Below are positions 11,266 through 25,224 of a stretch of 64,000 nt of DNA, one piece after another. The notes under the pieces are model-generated. The model was not told the origin of the DNA and did not search any database. It saw only the letters and a program-made list of their open reading frames with translations. The position numbers and the translations under genes were made by a program. The stretch comes from Camelus dromedarius (lineage: Eukaryota). The first letter of the stretch is position 1; the number at the start of each line of letters is the position of its first letter. The DNA lies in assembly GCF_036321535.1 (NCBI RefSeq), contig NC_087436.1, forward strand, positions 52,206,001 through 52,270,000. The letters run 5' to 3'.

Positions 11266-14200
11266 GTAGTATTTCCTCAATGGACAAAGAATTAAAAAAA
11301 ACTGAATGAGATGATTGCACAAAGTAGGACATAAACCCATGTGTTCCTAGAAATTGCTTCAGGCTTTCAGGTCTATCAAAATGCCTTATGGAACTTTGAT
11401 GCTGATTTTGATATTACTAATGAGTGAAGAATCAGTCTTGGGTGAGAAACTCTCCTTAGTCTTTCCAATTTTTTTTTTTCAATGCTATATGTAGACCTAC
11501 TCTCAACCCCTGACTCATAGGTGCACTGGTTCTGGGCCTGCCTATTCATCAGCTGCAAATAACATATAAAAAACCCAAAAAACTATCAATCAATTCTCAG
11601 TATTTATGCTGAGACTAAGGCCAGCATTGCTTTAGCAGGTCCAGATTGCTGGACTGTCAGTCTTCGCATCTTATTGCTCCCCAATATACACCCAGTATGC
11701 TCTGAAATACTTGCCTTTCTTTCTCATTTTTCCATACATTCACATATATTGTGGCTTCTGTCAAGAGTACTTTGATTGAGGAACTTGATCAATATTGGCT
11801 AACTGAATCAGGTTTTCAATATTATCAAATCTAATGGCTCAGTAACAAGTTAATTTCTTTATCTGGGTGAGATATCTGGCAAAGAATAGGTATTCAGTTA
11901 ATATTTGTTCAACTGATGAGTCATACTAACTACTGGATAAAAATTTATTCCATTCTGAAGGTACAATTTTTTTTAAATAAACAATTTCTAAAGAATAAAC
12001 AAGTTTGGAAGAGAGAGTTTAGAGACTTATAGTTGGAGAAAATGATTTTGGAATTATTTACCTGGAAATTAAACCTAAACTCTTCCTCATAAAACAAAGA
12101 TTAATTAAGAATGAAATCACTGGGGCATAGATAATTTGAGAAAAATCAGTTGGCTATAAGGCCATAAGAAAAATACGTCAAATGTCCAAATGCATAATTT
12201 ATCTTAATTTTTGACTGGTGAGCCATAAAAACTATATTCTGAAAAGGTTTAAAATGAAAGAGCACTGGGTCTACTTCATACTGCTCCTAAACTCTATAAA
12301 ACCGTCACACTGTGCAGGCAAGCCTAGTTGCTGTGGGGCTATATATGGACACTTAATCCCTAGGGATTTAAAGGAGCAAGTTCTGCTCAGTCAATGAAAA
12401 GTCATTGGCAGTACTTCTGGAACATATTTTCATGCACATAAAAATTAGTTTCAGAGATAAATAATTGTGGGTTTTCATTTCAGAATCTGCCGAAGTTTCT
12501 GTGAGAAGTTTTTAAACTCAGGGAAATGAAAAAGACTGCTTTTTCTGCTAATGAAGCTTGCAGTGGCTTCTTTTCAGGTACTGAAATCAGGGAAGTTGGC
12601 TGTTCTGTATCCTAGTCGATCCCTGTATGTGCAAGGAAGTTGGAACATGTATGTTAGATTGATTGGACCCCTCACTCACAGCTTTATTTTCTATATGATG
12701 GTAATTGCTGAGTTCATAACATTTTTTAAAATTTTACAGCTGGCATAATGAAAGGGAAAACTTAGCAAGAATGGATTATACTAAGAAATTCTGACATACA
12801 GATGGTTATATGTTCTGCAAATATCTGCTTAGGCACAACTCAGTTTAAAAAATATTGTGTTTGAAATTTGACATTAGTTGTTTATAATATTCTTTTTTAT
12901 ATGTGTAATATTATAAACAACTCAATACTCAAAACCTATTTAATTCATAATATGACTGGAAAATTACACATCTATAATGAAACATAATACCCAAAGTATA
13001 ATTACCACACTAGGAATTAAACAAATTTAAAATAATACTAAAATTAATTTATTTTATTATTAAAAATAGATTCTTGAAAAATAATTAAAAAACAATAACA
13101 GTAATGCAATGCTTTGTAGGAGTTTGTTAAGGAATTTCTAACTTCAAAGTACAGGAATTTGTACTTTGAATGTGGCAATTCTTTATTGTCTCCCAATCTG
13201 TGGGAAAATTATTGCATTTTTTTTTTCTTAATTGAGGTCCATGCCCCAGGTTTATCAACCAGGGTTGGGTTAATATTTGGCTCTGTAAAGGGAAAGAAAT
13301 AAAAAGAAAGAAGAAAAGTAAAAATTTCAAAAGTGGCGCACATAGAAAATGAGTATACATTTTGGAAAGAGGTTAGTGAAGGATTTGTGAAAGATAAAAT
13401 GTATATAGATGGGGCCAGGAGCCCAGAAAGTACAAAATTTTAGCAGGAAAGGAGACAGAATAGAAGGAGCTGTTCATGTGAACATTTCATGCTTATAATC
13501 CAGAAAGTACATGGCCATCTACAGAATGTTCCCTTAATTATTCTCAAAGAGATTAACTATGTTTCAGCCAACACCTGGCAAATCTTGCTTTCAAGTGTAT
13601 TGCCCTAACCCTCTCTGCCCAGGTGCTTGATGATAAGTGTGATTTATTGATGTTGCCTGTATTTTTTTCTTCCTCATTGACATTTTAAGATTTTGTTTAC
13701 TTGTTATGCAAGAAAAGATCTTTGAAACTACTTCCCCTTTTCAGGACTGTTTTTTAAATTAAAGATACAAAATCTTAGTAGCTCTCAGTAAGTTAATTAT
13801 TAGCTTGAATTAGATTACCTTCTAAAACAACAAAATCAGTAAACGGAAGAGCTTTCCAGATTTCCCAGTTGATCTTCCCAATGTAATATCAATGATGTAA
13901 GTGGGACATATCTATAGAGACAGGGGAAGGGGTAGGCAGAGTTGACTTTGTGCTATGTGGGTAAAGAGTATATTTACATGGCCAAGAGAAAGCACCAAGT
14001 GTTATGAAGCAGGAGTGAGAACTAATAAATTGTTGGCATTAATGGATTTGGGCTGAGAAAATGTGAGGGATTTCTTGTCCCTGAAACACATAGTAGCTCT
14101 ACACCAAGGACTTGGTCAGACATTTCTGCTTTCCTTTCTAACAGTTCTATCTCTCTCACTACCTGCTTGTCCAAGTTCTCAAATCTTGATTAGAATTTTT

Positions 14201-16299
14201 TTTCTGCTGCAGTCATCTGGGGTAGGGTGAGAAATGGAGTATGGATGATGGTGTCTACCCAGACACACACTTTCCTACAAAAGGAGGTAAAAGAGGATGC
14301 TGACATAGAGATCCATTTCTCCTTCCTGCCAGCAGCTGTGGGAAGGGGCAATCTCAATGTCCATGCCATGTTCATGGTGAGAACCTCCCAGTAGTCATAC
14401 AAATGCTCCATAAAATTCTTTCTGCTAAATGGTTCCAACCAGTACGCTCCTGACTCCCTTATTTGCTTTGAATTGAATACAATAATATTAAACACACTCA
14501 TATTTAAATAGACATATTTGCATGGGAATGTATTTCAACCAAAAGTAAATAAACATTTTGATTGGCCACATCACTTGGAATTATCTGTAGCATAGCCCCT
14601 TTCTCAGCATAAATGGCAGATACCTGGATATATGTGTTATATACATGTTTCTATTTTTATGCGCCTTCTTTTTCTCTGTTGCTGGAAAAAACTCTCAAAA
14701 TATTGCTTTGGAGTTGTTCTTTTGATTTTATCCTCAAAGCATTTATTCAAGAGGATAAATTTGGCCATTTTCAAGCTGTGAAAATATGGAATGCATAAAT
14801 TTTCCTGCTCTAAAATAAGTTTTTGGTGTATTGATGTAACTCAAAACAGATGCATCTACAAAGTTTACACATTGAAACACAGATTACTGAAGAAAAAGAG
14901 TCAGGTCTGGCTTGGAAAAGATTTTGGTATTTTTACCCTACAAACATTTCCAATGTGTAAAATTGGTACTAGAGACTTGGATCCAATGGCTGGGTTCTAG
15001 GGGAGACTGCTGTAAAATGGCACAAGATGATCATCTGACTACAGAGCATTTCAGGTTTAGGTTTACAATCTTAGAGATAGCATGTTTATTTTTAAATTGA
15101 CCTGGAGAAAAGTCAAAGGTTGCTTCTGCAAGATTTTCTGAATAGTGTTAGCATGATCTACTTTGAAATTACACCAAGCTTAAAAGTTAAATTTTTCTGG
15201 CAGTTGATCAACTCAACAATATGGTAATCTGAATTGACTGCTAAAATGGAAATTAGCCTTTTTAGAAAGGCTTCTGGAGTCTATAATTTATTACCCAGGC
15301 CACAGTTCCTTTCTTTGGTGCAGTTACAGAAATGAGATCTCAGTGTTGACTCATGGACTGAGGTATCTAGATGATTGAATAGCTTTCTTAGAGTGGGCGT
15401 ATGACTGGTGTGAAGTTCCATTTGCCTTCTGAGAGCAGGGAAGCCTAGCAAACACGTGGGAAGGTGGGTAGGCACTGGTGGATGTCTTGGCTCCAGCAAT
15501 ATCAGGAAGTAATTGAGTATATAGCTGCTGTTAAAGTTAATCAAATATATCAGACCCCTGACACTTACTCCCCAAAAATGTGTTCCTATCTTCATTAAAT
15601 AAATTGTCACATTGTGTGCTTCGATTTCCAGGGGATTATGCATTTAGGATTGATGTGGTCCCATTCTTTCATTCAGTAGACACTTGTTGAAAAATTACTT
15701 TGTGCCAGGCACATGGGATTAGCTAGGGTTTTTATTTATTTATTTTTGGTGGCTTTTCCTCTCTTTAAATTAATAGGATTGAAAATCATTTTTTAAGTTA
15801 AAATCTCATTTTTCTCTTCAAAATCTGATAAATTTTGAGGGGCTTTAATATTTTAAATTTAATTTCTACATTTAAGATATTTAATTCTTTTAACTATTTC
15901 ATTTCTATGACTTACCAAAAGTTACAACATATTTAAGAAGCTCTTTATTAAAACTGATAATGTAGACTCATAAAAAACAGTGTATCATAATTATGTGATA
16001 AAATATTTTTATATTTTTCATCTTAAAATCACAAGTATAAATTAGTAATGAGATATTTTAAATTGTACTCACAATTCTAATATACCAAATTCTCTTAAGT
16101 TTGACAAGTATATGAAATAAAAAAATGTACAAAGATTATTTCTTAGTTTAATGCAAACATATTAATACTGTGGATTTAATTTACTTCATCATTTCTAACC
16201 TTAATTCTCAATCCTCCTAGGGTTAAAAACATTTTTATCTACTAATTAAATAATTTTTCCTTCCCCAAGCAAAGTGTCACCTTTTCAAAGGGCAAAGTA

Positions 16300-16900
16300 T
16301 TTGGCTAGGAAATGAGATCTGTAGCAGTGGACGTTCAGGGTGATTTTTCTCATGATCATGAGAGACAAATCCAAGCCGTCCAAATGGTGGATTGGATTTG
16401 GGAATGGGCACCTATAGTAAATACAAAATTTGTGATGTGAGCAGCTGGGTGGAGAGCGGTACCATTTACAGGACCAAGAAAGGTGGGAAGAAAAGCAGAT
16501 TTCAGAGAGAAAATCTAGAGCTGTGTTTGAAACTTTCTAGGTTTGCAGGGCTAGTGGACATGGAAATGGATTTGTTAAAAGGCTGAGTCTGAGGCTCTGT
16601 GGAGAGGACTGGACTGGAAATTTAGGTTCGGACAAACAAATTTAGTGTGTTTGGACATACTCTAAAGGAGTATACGTGTTCTTTAAATGTGTGGAACTGA
16701 AGGAAAGGACAATAGCGAGAGAAAGTAAGAAGCCAGAAGACTGAAATGGGTGAGGTTTCAAGCTCAGGGAGAAGAAAAAGAGCTAGAAAAGAACTCTGAG
16801 CAGGAACAATGAGGCAGGAAGGAAAAATAAATAACAGTGAGAGATAGCATGAAAGCCAAGAGAAGAGAATGCTTCAAGGAGGAAGAATTTCAAGAAGGAA
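16300..16900 (-). mobile_element. L2 fragment
   Basis: Purine-rich antisense L2 pattern (gagcagctgggtgga...gaaagccaagagaagagaatgcttcaagga). Confidence 0.65.
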
Positions 16901-17279
16901 ATGGAAGAGGGAAAAAAATCACAGAGATTAAAGCCATATTTAAGCAATCAGAATAAAAGCATTAGTGAGTGGGAGAATCTGTGGATAGCCTTAAAGAAAT
17001 TAATTGTACAAAATGAAAGAGAAAAATCTCCAAAGATATAGCAATAATTTTGGAAGAAGAAACAAATGTGGATGACAAATAGGGATAAGATACAGACAGC
17101 AAGAGCTTAGCACATATGGAATTACAGCAAAGAATGTCTAAAGATATGAATAATGCAAACATTGCCTGAAATAAAGAACAACTTGAATCTCAAAAGACTG
17201 AGGAAAATTGATAGAAAGCTGGCTACAGAAACTTATACTCTAGTCAAGTTACTGAAATGATTGAAATAAGGCTAGTGAA

Positions 17280-17375
17280 AGAAACCCGACAGGGCTGTTG
17301 TCAGGATTAATTAATACATGAGAGGCATGAAGATCTGTGCTGAAATATAATAGGCACTTGATAAGTGCTGCACAG
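17280..17375 (+). mobile_element. MIR 3' fragment
   Basis: agggctgttgtcaggattaattaatacatg...taggcacttgataagtg. Confidence 0.6.
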
Positions 17376-17439
17376 CTCTGGTTTTCCCTCCTTCTCCTCC
17401 TATGTTTATGCATTATTATTTTTGTTACCATGATTATTA

Positions 17440-18650
17440 TTCGCCTCTCTTCCACCATTAAACATCAGTATTGTTTGGGACTGGTCTTAAGCCCTCTGTC
17501 TTCTCAGTGTATTCTCTCTCCTTAGGCAATCTATTCTACACACACAATTTCAGTTACCCTCTGCTCACTGATGACTCTCACAGGTGCATCTCCACTTGGA
17601 TGTCATTTCTACTGGGATGTCCAATGTTCAAGATTCGTTTCATGCTCTCTTCTCCATCAGTGATTCCCCTGCTATCTGTTCAGAAAGCTTGGTCCTCCTC
17701 CAGTACCGTCCATCTGCAGGAATGGTACCCCTGACCCCCAGGCTCATGGGTCAGATGCTTAGGAATCATCCCTGACCTCTCCCTCTATCTAAGCCAATGA
17801 CTGTATCCACTTCTGTCCTCACAGCTGGTTCCTCACACAACAGCCAGAATGACCCCTTAAAAATGTAAGCCAGATTATGAAGTTCTTCAGCAAAATCTCA
17901 TCCAATAATTTTTAGCTTCACCCAGAGTGGTAGTCTATGTCCCCTACTATTTCTCTGACTCATTTCCAGTGTTCTTTAGCTGCTTCATGGCAGCTAAAGT
18001 GGTATCTTTTCTTTTTGTCCTAAAATACACCAAGCAGGATCTCACTTCAGGCAACTGGCTAATTCCTCTGCTTAGAAAGCTCTGTGCACAGTGATCCACA
18101 TGCCTTTATTTCATTAGGCCTCTGCTCAAATGTTACCTTATTGCCTGGCTGCTGTCTGTTCCTCTTATTCTTTATTTTTCTTCTAAATACTTAATCACCA
18201 CCCGACATATTTCATGTGCATTATCTATTTGTTTTCTGTTCTCTCTCTTGTTCTCTAAACCCAGTCATACCTTCTTATTTCAATCACTTGCTCTTGCCAC
18301 AGGGTCTTTGCACATGATGCTTGCACTACTTGAAAAAAATTTTTCCCTTTCCCTGTACCCACTCCCTGACATTTTACCTGTTTAATTCCTTCAACTACTT
18401 TTATTTTTGCTTGGATGTCACTTCATCAGAGATGCCTTGTCTGATCCCTAACTCTTGTCAGTTTGCTTTATTTATGACTTTCTAAAAACAGTTTCCCTAA
18501 CATTTATAGAGCTTGCTCTGTTACTATACACTGAATGGTGTATATGAATATTTGACCATCACTCTGCTATCTTTTTTGCTCAGCATTATGTACCTAGCTC
18601 TTAACTGGCATATTCAAGAACTCAAAATACTTGACAAGTGAATAAATTAG
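17440..18650 (+). mobile_element. L2 fragments
   Basis: catctccacttggatgtc; acagccagaatgacc; agggtctttgcacatg; tctgctcaaatgttacct; L2 3' end near 18600. Confidence 0.8.
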
Positions 18651-19465
18651 CCCTTGGATCATTGTAATAGTCTTCTCTTTGTTTATTGGCTTTCTGTCCC
18701 ACCAATATGTTATTTTGCAATAATTAACTATCTCCAATTTATTTTCCTTTAGCCTTCTTTACACACAATTTAGGATTCAAACTTCTTGAAACATACTGCA
18801 AATCACACCCCACTGGTGGCCTTCCATTACTTTGAAAAGAAAATGAAAGCTTCTCAACTTCAAATCCCTCCCTGCCTTCATTTTCAGTCTTACCTTCTCT
18901 GTATGGATAATTTAAGATCAAATGTAAATTTTGTTAGCAAACAATTTGTTTCATTATATAGGTGACTAGCAATGGCCTAAAACAAATAAAAAGGAGGTTT
19001 TGGGTCCTGATATGGCTTGTATAATCTTGGGAAAGACATTCAGGATTGGAATTGGAATCATTTGTATTGTGTCATTTCTTAAACCATATTATTACTAATC
19101 AAATATATAGCATAAAATAGTGTGTATTGCAGAGAGAGACTATTAGTTGACTCTTCTTGCTTTGTTGGAATGTGATTTTTTTTTTTAGAGCTTTTCTCCT
19201 ATTTCAGTGCTTGCTTTCATTATAGCCCATGATTTAGGAAAAACTTCTTCTCTCACTCTATGAATTGAACATATTTTCCTTTGTTTTATGTTTTATTTTT
19301 TGGTTTTCTAGGTTTTGAATTTAATGGATCTCACATGGGTATGACCTGATATCTTGCACGTGTTTTGATAATTGGGTCAGCCTAAGAAATGGAAGGCCAG
19401 CTGTTTTCTTTGCTGTTGGGGTCAGAGACAATGTCTCTCTCTGCAGTGTCACCTGATGATTAAAA

Positions 19466-19682
19466 TTTGGGAGTTTGGGATTTGTAGATACTAACTACTA
19501 TATATAAAATAGATTAACAGTAAGGTCCTACTGTATAGCTCAGGGGACTATAGTCAATACCTTGTAATGGCCTATAATGAAAAAGAATATGAAAAGGAAT
19601 CTGTATGTGTATAACTGAGCCACTATGCTCTACACCAGAAATTAATACAACATTATAAGCTGACTGTAATTCAATTTAAAAA
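19466..19682 (+). mobile_element. Young L1 3' tail (cetartiodactyl/camelid-type)
   Basis: gggagtttgggatttgtagatactaactactatatataaaatag...aaggtcctactgtatagc...gtataactgag...caccagaaattaatacaacatt. Confidence 0.9.
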
Positions 19683-22251
19683 CTTGAAAACAGTTTGCAC
19701 TATTTAAAAGTGACTTTCTAAGTTTGAAATAAAATAAACATTATTTTAAAATTTTAGCATACCATATGAATTTAGATTGCAGCCATCATACTCCTTCATA
19801 TATTTTATAAAACTACAATGTACAAAACACTGACATACAAAAGTTATTTTTACAGATCTCTTGAATTATGTACAGCAGGCTCTGTTTTAATGTCTTACAG
19901 CTGAAGACCCTGAAGCTCAGAGAGGTTGTAGGTGGCAGAGTGGATGCTGGGCCAGGCTTTCTGTCCTGGGCAGTTTTGCATTGTGCCCCAGCAGCTCTCA
20001 ACAAAGCATAACCTTGCAAATAGTACTTTTAATTCTGACTTCTTTTGTCACTCCCAAGGTCTCTGTTGTAAGAACAGGGGGAATAAAAATGTGGAAATAC
20101 TCGGCTTTTCAAATATGTGGACCTAATTTTATAACTCCCTTTGCTTTCTGATGTAGAGAAATATGACTGCTCAAAATCTAGGGTTGTTGATCCAGCTTGG
20201 GGTCTACTCACAAGACATTAATCTGCCCAGAGGACTCACAGAACTCGTGCCTTAACCTGAGCTGCCTCTAGCCTCCCTGGTACTTTTCTTGTTCCTCCAG
20301 GCCAGTGCCACTATACAAGACATGCCCAACTCAACTGGTAATACTGGGCCTGCCCTAGGCAACATTAAAGGGAAGAACAGCACACCTGTTATCAGGTGCG
20401 GTTGCTCCCCGAGGTGCTGGTGCTGTTACATCCCAGAGGATCACTCAAGGGCAGACAATATTTTCTTCATCATACACAGCACTGCAGAAGTGCTGGAGTT
20501 GTCTTATCCATGGAGTCATATGAATGGGAAATTAACCAGGTCCTTTTCTAGGAATCTTCAAGGATATTCAAGAAATTGCTTAGAAGTTACCTGGCTAGTA
20601 TAATCCTACTACTGTTTTCTGGCTGCCTGAGGGAGTCACAGATAACCAACTGACTATATATTCTAAGCCTCACACAGCTGATAATGGAAATTCTGCCCAG
20701 GGATCCCAGTGTGGGTCTAAATGGCATTAACACCTGTCTGGCCTTATCTGAGAAGCCTGTTTGCATGAGGACAGAGTTGCTTCTCAGGAAAATTCATCCT
20801 GAGGGAAAAAAATCCCAGGCAGGAATTCGAGTGGGTTTTTTTTTTTTTTTTTTAAATTGGAAAGAATATGTTACCTTGCTATCGGTGGTGATCTGAGTTT
20901 GATTTTTTTGGCTGTCAGTTGACTATGTCATGGGCTAACTCCTGGAAAAATGTCTGATTCCTAGTTAGGAATAGAGTGTAAGTAAGATTAAAAGAGTATT
21001 CCACTAAGAACTTTATAAATTTGGGATGGTGGTTCAAGCAATTTAACAATGGGGCTCTTTGGTAGAATATGACACAGAGGGGAAAAAAGCATTGAGTCCT
21101 TCACATGCTTCAATACCCTATCATAACATTTCCCTAGGCTAAGATCATATGCAGTTTGAAGAGGAGGTCGCTGTGGTTCTTTCCTCTGAGCAAGCACATG
21201 CTCAATTCAGTGCTTAGCAAGTCCTTCCGGATAAAGACGGTAAGGTATTAGGGAGACACAGCGGTACTTCTCCACTGAGTCAGTGTCCTGGTCAATTAGT
21301 TTGAAGCTGCCTTTGCTAGCTACAAATACTTCTCTCTCTCTCTCATCCCAGAAATCTGAAGTTAATTTCCAGTCTCGTGTGGTCAGTTTATGTTTCTAAT
21401 ACAGGCATATTAAATACAAGGCATGTGTGTCCTTCTTTCTAAACATGCAACCATGAGAAACGTGGCTGATCTGTCCTAAAACTGCTTCCAGAGCCCAAAT
21501 GTAGTAACCTGAGTAATCTTTTCAACACAGCGGTCCCGGAAGTGACCAGAAACTAATTTGCAACCCTGTTCTCATTTATTTTGGACCAAAATACGATAAG
21601 CCCCTGCTATCCGGGAACATAATGTTCTTTGTTGGAAAGGAAATTTACATCCCAGGTCATGCTCTATTTAGGCAGATGATCTGTCTAAGGGAACTGCTGT
21701 CCACAAAATGGGAAATCCTTGCAGGAGAAAGAGTCTTCCCAGAGCCCAAGACCCCGTTTGATTTTAACTATGCGCAGATTATATTTTGAAGCACTCAAGG
21801 CACTGAAAGCTTCTTTCAGCCTATAGTTGCCAAGTAGATTTGTTTTATAGTAACACAGGTCAGCACACCACTGGTTTTCAAAACAGATTGCCTAAAAGGG
21901 ATTCAGTATAATAAATACTATGTCAAATATAGTAGAGATACAGATAAGAGAATTCTCTGCTCCAGCCGCCTTAGATTTCTTCTTAGAAGAGGTTCCATCC
22001 TGGGTCTAACACATGTGCAGGTGTCTCAGAATGCAACCAGATGAAAAGAAGTAGTCCCTTTTTATTGAGAAGCATATAAACCACCCTCTCTAATGAATGA
22101 CTTCAAAATAGTGAAATTATTTTAATCACCTCTTTAGTGTGAAACATTGTTTCTGTTGGTTCATTCGAAAAGACTACAACCAATAGCTGGTCAGGACAGA
22201 TGCTGGGTGCATCTGTCCATTAGTTATTGACAAAGAAAGGGTAGGAAATTC

Positions 22252-22659
22252 TGTCATTAGCAGCAGAGCCATCTCTGGGTAGTGTTACAAGTGGGCAAAG
22301 AGAGCAGGCGGCCAGGAAGCAGGTAAAGATAGCAGGTGAGGTGCTTTACTGGTGAGGCCGTTCCTCTGTCAGGTAAGATGGTGCATGGAGGGCCCGAAGT
22401 TGGGCTGTACACTTGTGGCACATTGATAAAAGGGGTAAGGGAGAGAGGTTCCAGAGCGTATGCATATTGAAAACAAGTAAGGTCTTATCACATTTTTGAC
22501 ACTCAGGTAAGCTGGTTCCCTGGAACCAAAGCCCACTTCACCTAGGTGTGTAATCTATAGCAAATATAGATTACTTTTGGGCGGACATACCAAGGTCTGG
22601 CACTCAACTCAAAATTCCACTCATCTATGTGCTGTATTTTTAATATTCCCCCTTTGACA
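22252..22659 (-). mobile_element. Putative ERV solo LTR, family unassigned
   Basis: Termini TGTCA...TGACA, ~408 bp, minus-strand AGTAAA near 22345; no TSD seen. Confidence 0.45.
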
Positions 22660-22724
22660 ACGTGGATGGAACTCTACCAGCAGAGACATGATATGTGCAG
22701 CGGGACAGAACAGGGGTTGCACGT

Positions 22725-22928
22725 CAGAGACAGTATTTAAGGGCATGAGACTGAAATCAGATCCCCTTGGTACTTACTACTGGGGTGATGCTATACCAGT
22801 TAGAAAACCTTGCTAAACTTCCGTTTCCTCTTTGATAAAATGGGGACAATAACAACAACCACATCAATAATAATAACTACTTTATGATATTGTGGTGAGG
22901 CTGAAACACACACTTGATGTGTCTTAGA
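22725..22928 (+). mobile_element. MIR
   Basis: gtttcctctttgataaaatggggacaataacaac...tgtggtgagg. Confidence 0.75.
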
Positions 22929-23100
22929 TAGGGTTGCCAGATAAAATTATAGAACATTCAGTTCAATTTGAATTTCAGATAAATAACAAAATTGTTTTTT
23001 TAGTGTAAGTATATGCATGAAATATTTATGACATCCTTACATGGAACATTTATTTTATTATTGCTTATCTGTAATCTTATTTGCGAAATCCGAGAACCCT
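22929..23100. mobile_element. MER53 palindromic hAT MITE
   Basis: tagggttgccagataaaa...aatttgaatttcagataaa...tatttgcgaaatccgagaaccct. Confidence 0.85.
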
Positions 23101-25224
23101 CATCTTGGAAGATGAATGAGCACAAGGGCTTCAGCTCCCAGCATTGTTGGCGCAGCACGGCTCTGATGGCCACAGCTGCAGACGGCGCCCAGGCCAGCGC
23201 CAGCAATGGTGAGTCGTCTTTATGGGGTCTCCATGATTTTAATAACCTTGGCAGCAGATACGCAGATAGGAATCTAAAAGCAGAGTGAAAGAGTAGAAAA
23301 ATGGTGGAATCTGTCTGATAGCTTTAAAATGCTATATTTATGACACATGGATCAGACATTCTCTGGGGACTCCCAAGACTGAGAGACTGGAAAGGGAATG
23401 GAAATTTCACAATCAACTTAGGAGCCCAAGATAAGAAAAAAATTACTGTTTATTAATTAAAAAAAAAAAGTATCCAGGCACAGTGATGTAGCCTGGAGAA
23501 ACACAGGGACATAGGCAACAGGATTCCTCTGTGTTGTTTTATGGACAAACCAACCCTAACTCTGAAGAGCACAGCGAAATCTGAGCCCTGGGTGAATATT
23601 TACAACAGAAATGCAAAGCAACCCTGAGCTTTCAATGTGATTTAAAATGGTTAATCCATTGTTTCTCCCTGATGAAGAGGTAAGATTTAATAATTAGTCT
23701 GTAGGCTGCTTTTCCCCTGGGGCTGTCCTTGTGGAAGGCGGTCAGCAACATGACTCCCTCCTGGGTAATGTTTAAATTTAATTACGCTCGGGGACTACAC
23801 AGAATGCATCAATTCATTAACCTTGTTTGCTTCAAGATACTAAATTGATGCACTTATTCAAATAGGTGGTTTCACATACTCATCCTGGGCCACTTACTGT
23901 AAAAAGAAAAATGTCATCTTTAGCAAGTAATTATAGCCTAAAAGGCTACATCTAGGAAATGAGGCTTTAGAAAAGAAGTTTCAATTCCAAGATTCCATTA
24001 GCAACCTGTCCTGGGAGAACCCAAGGGCTGGGCTGACATGTTCCAAGCAAGGTGACCAACTGTACCATCAACCTACATGGCTCACGCCGCCGGCCCACAC
24101 TCTCAGTATGGCCCACATGGCTTAGATCTTCAAAACTGTAATTTCTATCCATGAGAGATGGATGGTTAGCCTGATAGATTTCTAACGTGGGGAGACAAAG
24201 CTATTGTTTTCCAACATTCTCAGTAGAAAAAATTTGTGACTACTCTAGGTGTTATTTTCCTGTACTTTGCCTGTTGCTCTAGGAAAAAAGCACTCAAAAT
24301 GCACAAAATCTCTAATTCCATGTGTTTATGAGCACCATCACTTTAGGCAAGTTTTCCCAAATCATATCCCCTTCTACCCTTTTCCTATAAGAGCCCACCT
24401 TGTAACTGGTTTCCTTGACACAGCAATATTTCTAGACCATCTGAACCTTAGTGCCAGCCAGGTGGCCTCTGGCTACCCTGAATCCCCTGACTCCAGACCT
24501 CTGGGGTTTCTTGAGAAAAACTGGTGTAGATCATATTCTTCTGGATGGCTTACTTTCCAACTGACTTTTGTCCCAACACTAAGGTTATTCCAGAAGTTCA
24601 CAACAGCACCAAGAAGCCTTCAACCTGTAAAATGAAAGCTCATGGCTGACCGAATGCTAGGGATGGCAGGAGTCACCGGTCAAAATAAACACATCCAACC
24701 TAGATCGTTCCTTCCCCGACTTCTCCCTGAACTTTCTCTCCCATGTTTTCTTCCTCCCAGCTGACATCGCACTAGCTTCCAAGGCTCTGCAAACGGCCAG
24801 TTCTGTGCCAAGTCAAACCTCTGCAGTGAAAGAGGGGAACGGCATTTTCCTCCGCTCGTCCCCATCAGTGACGGCTAGAGCACTGGGCACAAAGCTGGGG
24901 CTCGATGCCTGTGTTTCCTTTCTGTACCCCCTCCCTAGCCTAGAGCAGAGACATCTATACCTGACATTTGTGCTGCTGCTGGAACCGTATCTCCGTTCCT
25001 CCCCTCATAATACTTCTTTCCCTTTTGAGAAGCTTTAGAATTCTCCCCGCAGTACTCAAGACATCCACTAGCAAAGAGTTAGAACTTCCCTGCTAGATGA
25101 AACCGGCTGTAGAAACAGAATAACCTCCTCACTGTGGAAAAAATCACACACGTCAGCTCACTCTCACTCCACATCCTTGTTTTCAGGTCCAATCACAAGG
25201 GCAACAACAACACTGCACAATAAT

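Noticed and set aside
22929..23100. MER53-derived miRNA hairpin (miR-1302-like)
   Set aside because: The right arm is degraded or partly deleted; no expression evidence
23130..23201. REST/RE1 site
   Set aside because: The half-site-like sequences (ttcagctcc, ggccagcgcc) are too far apart and mismatched
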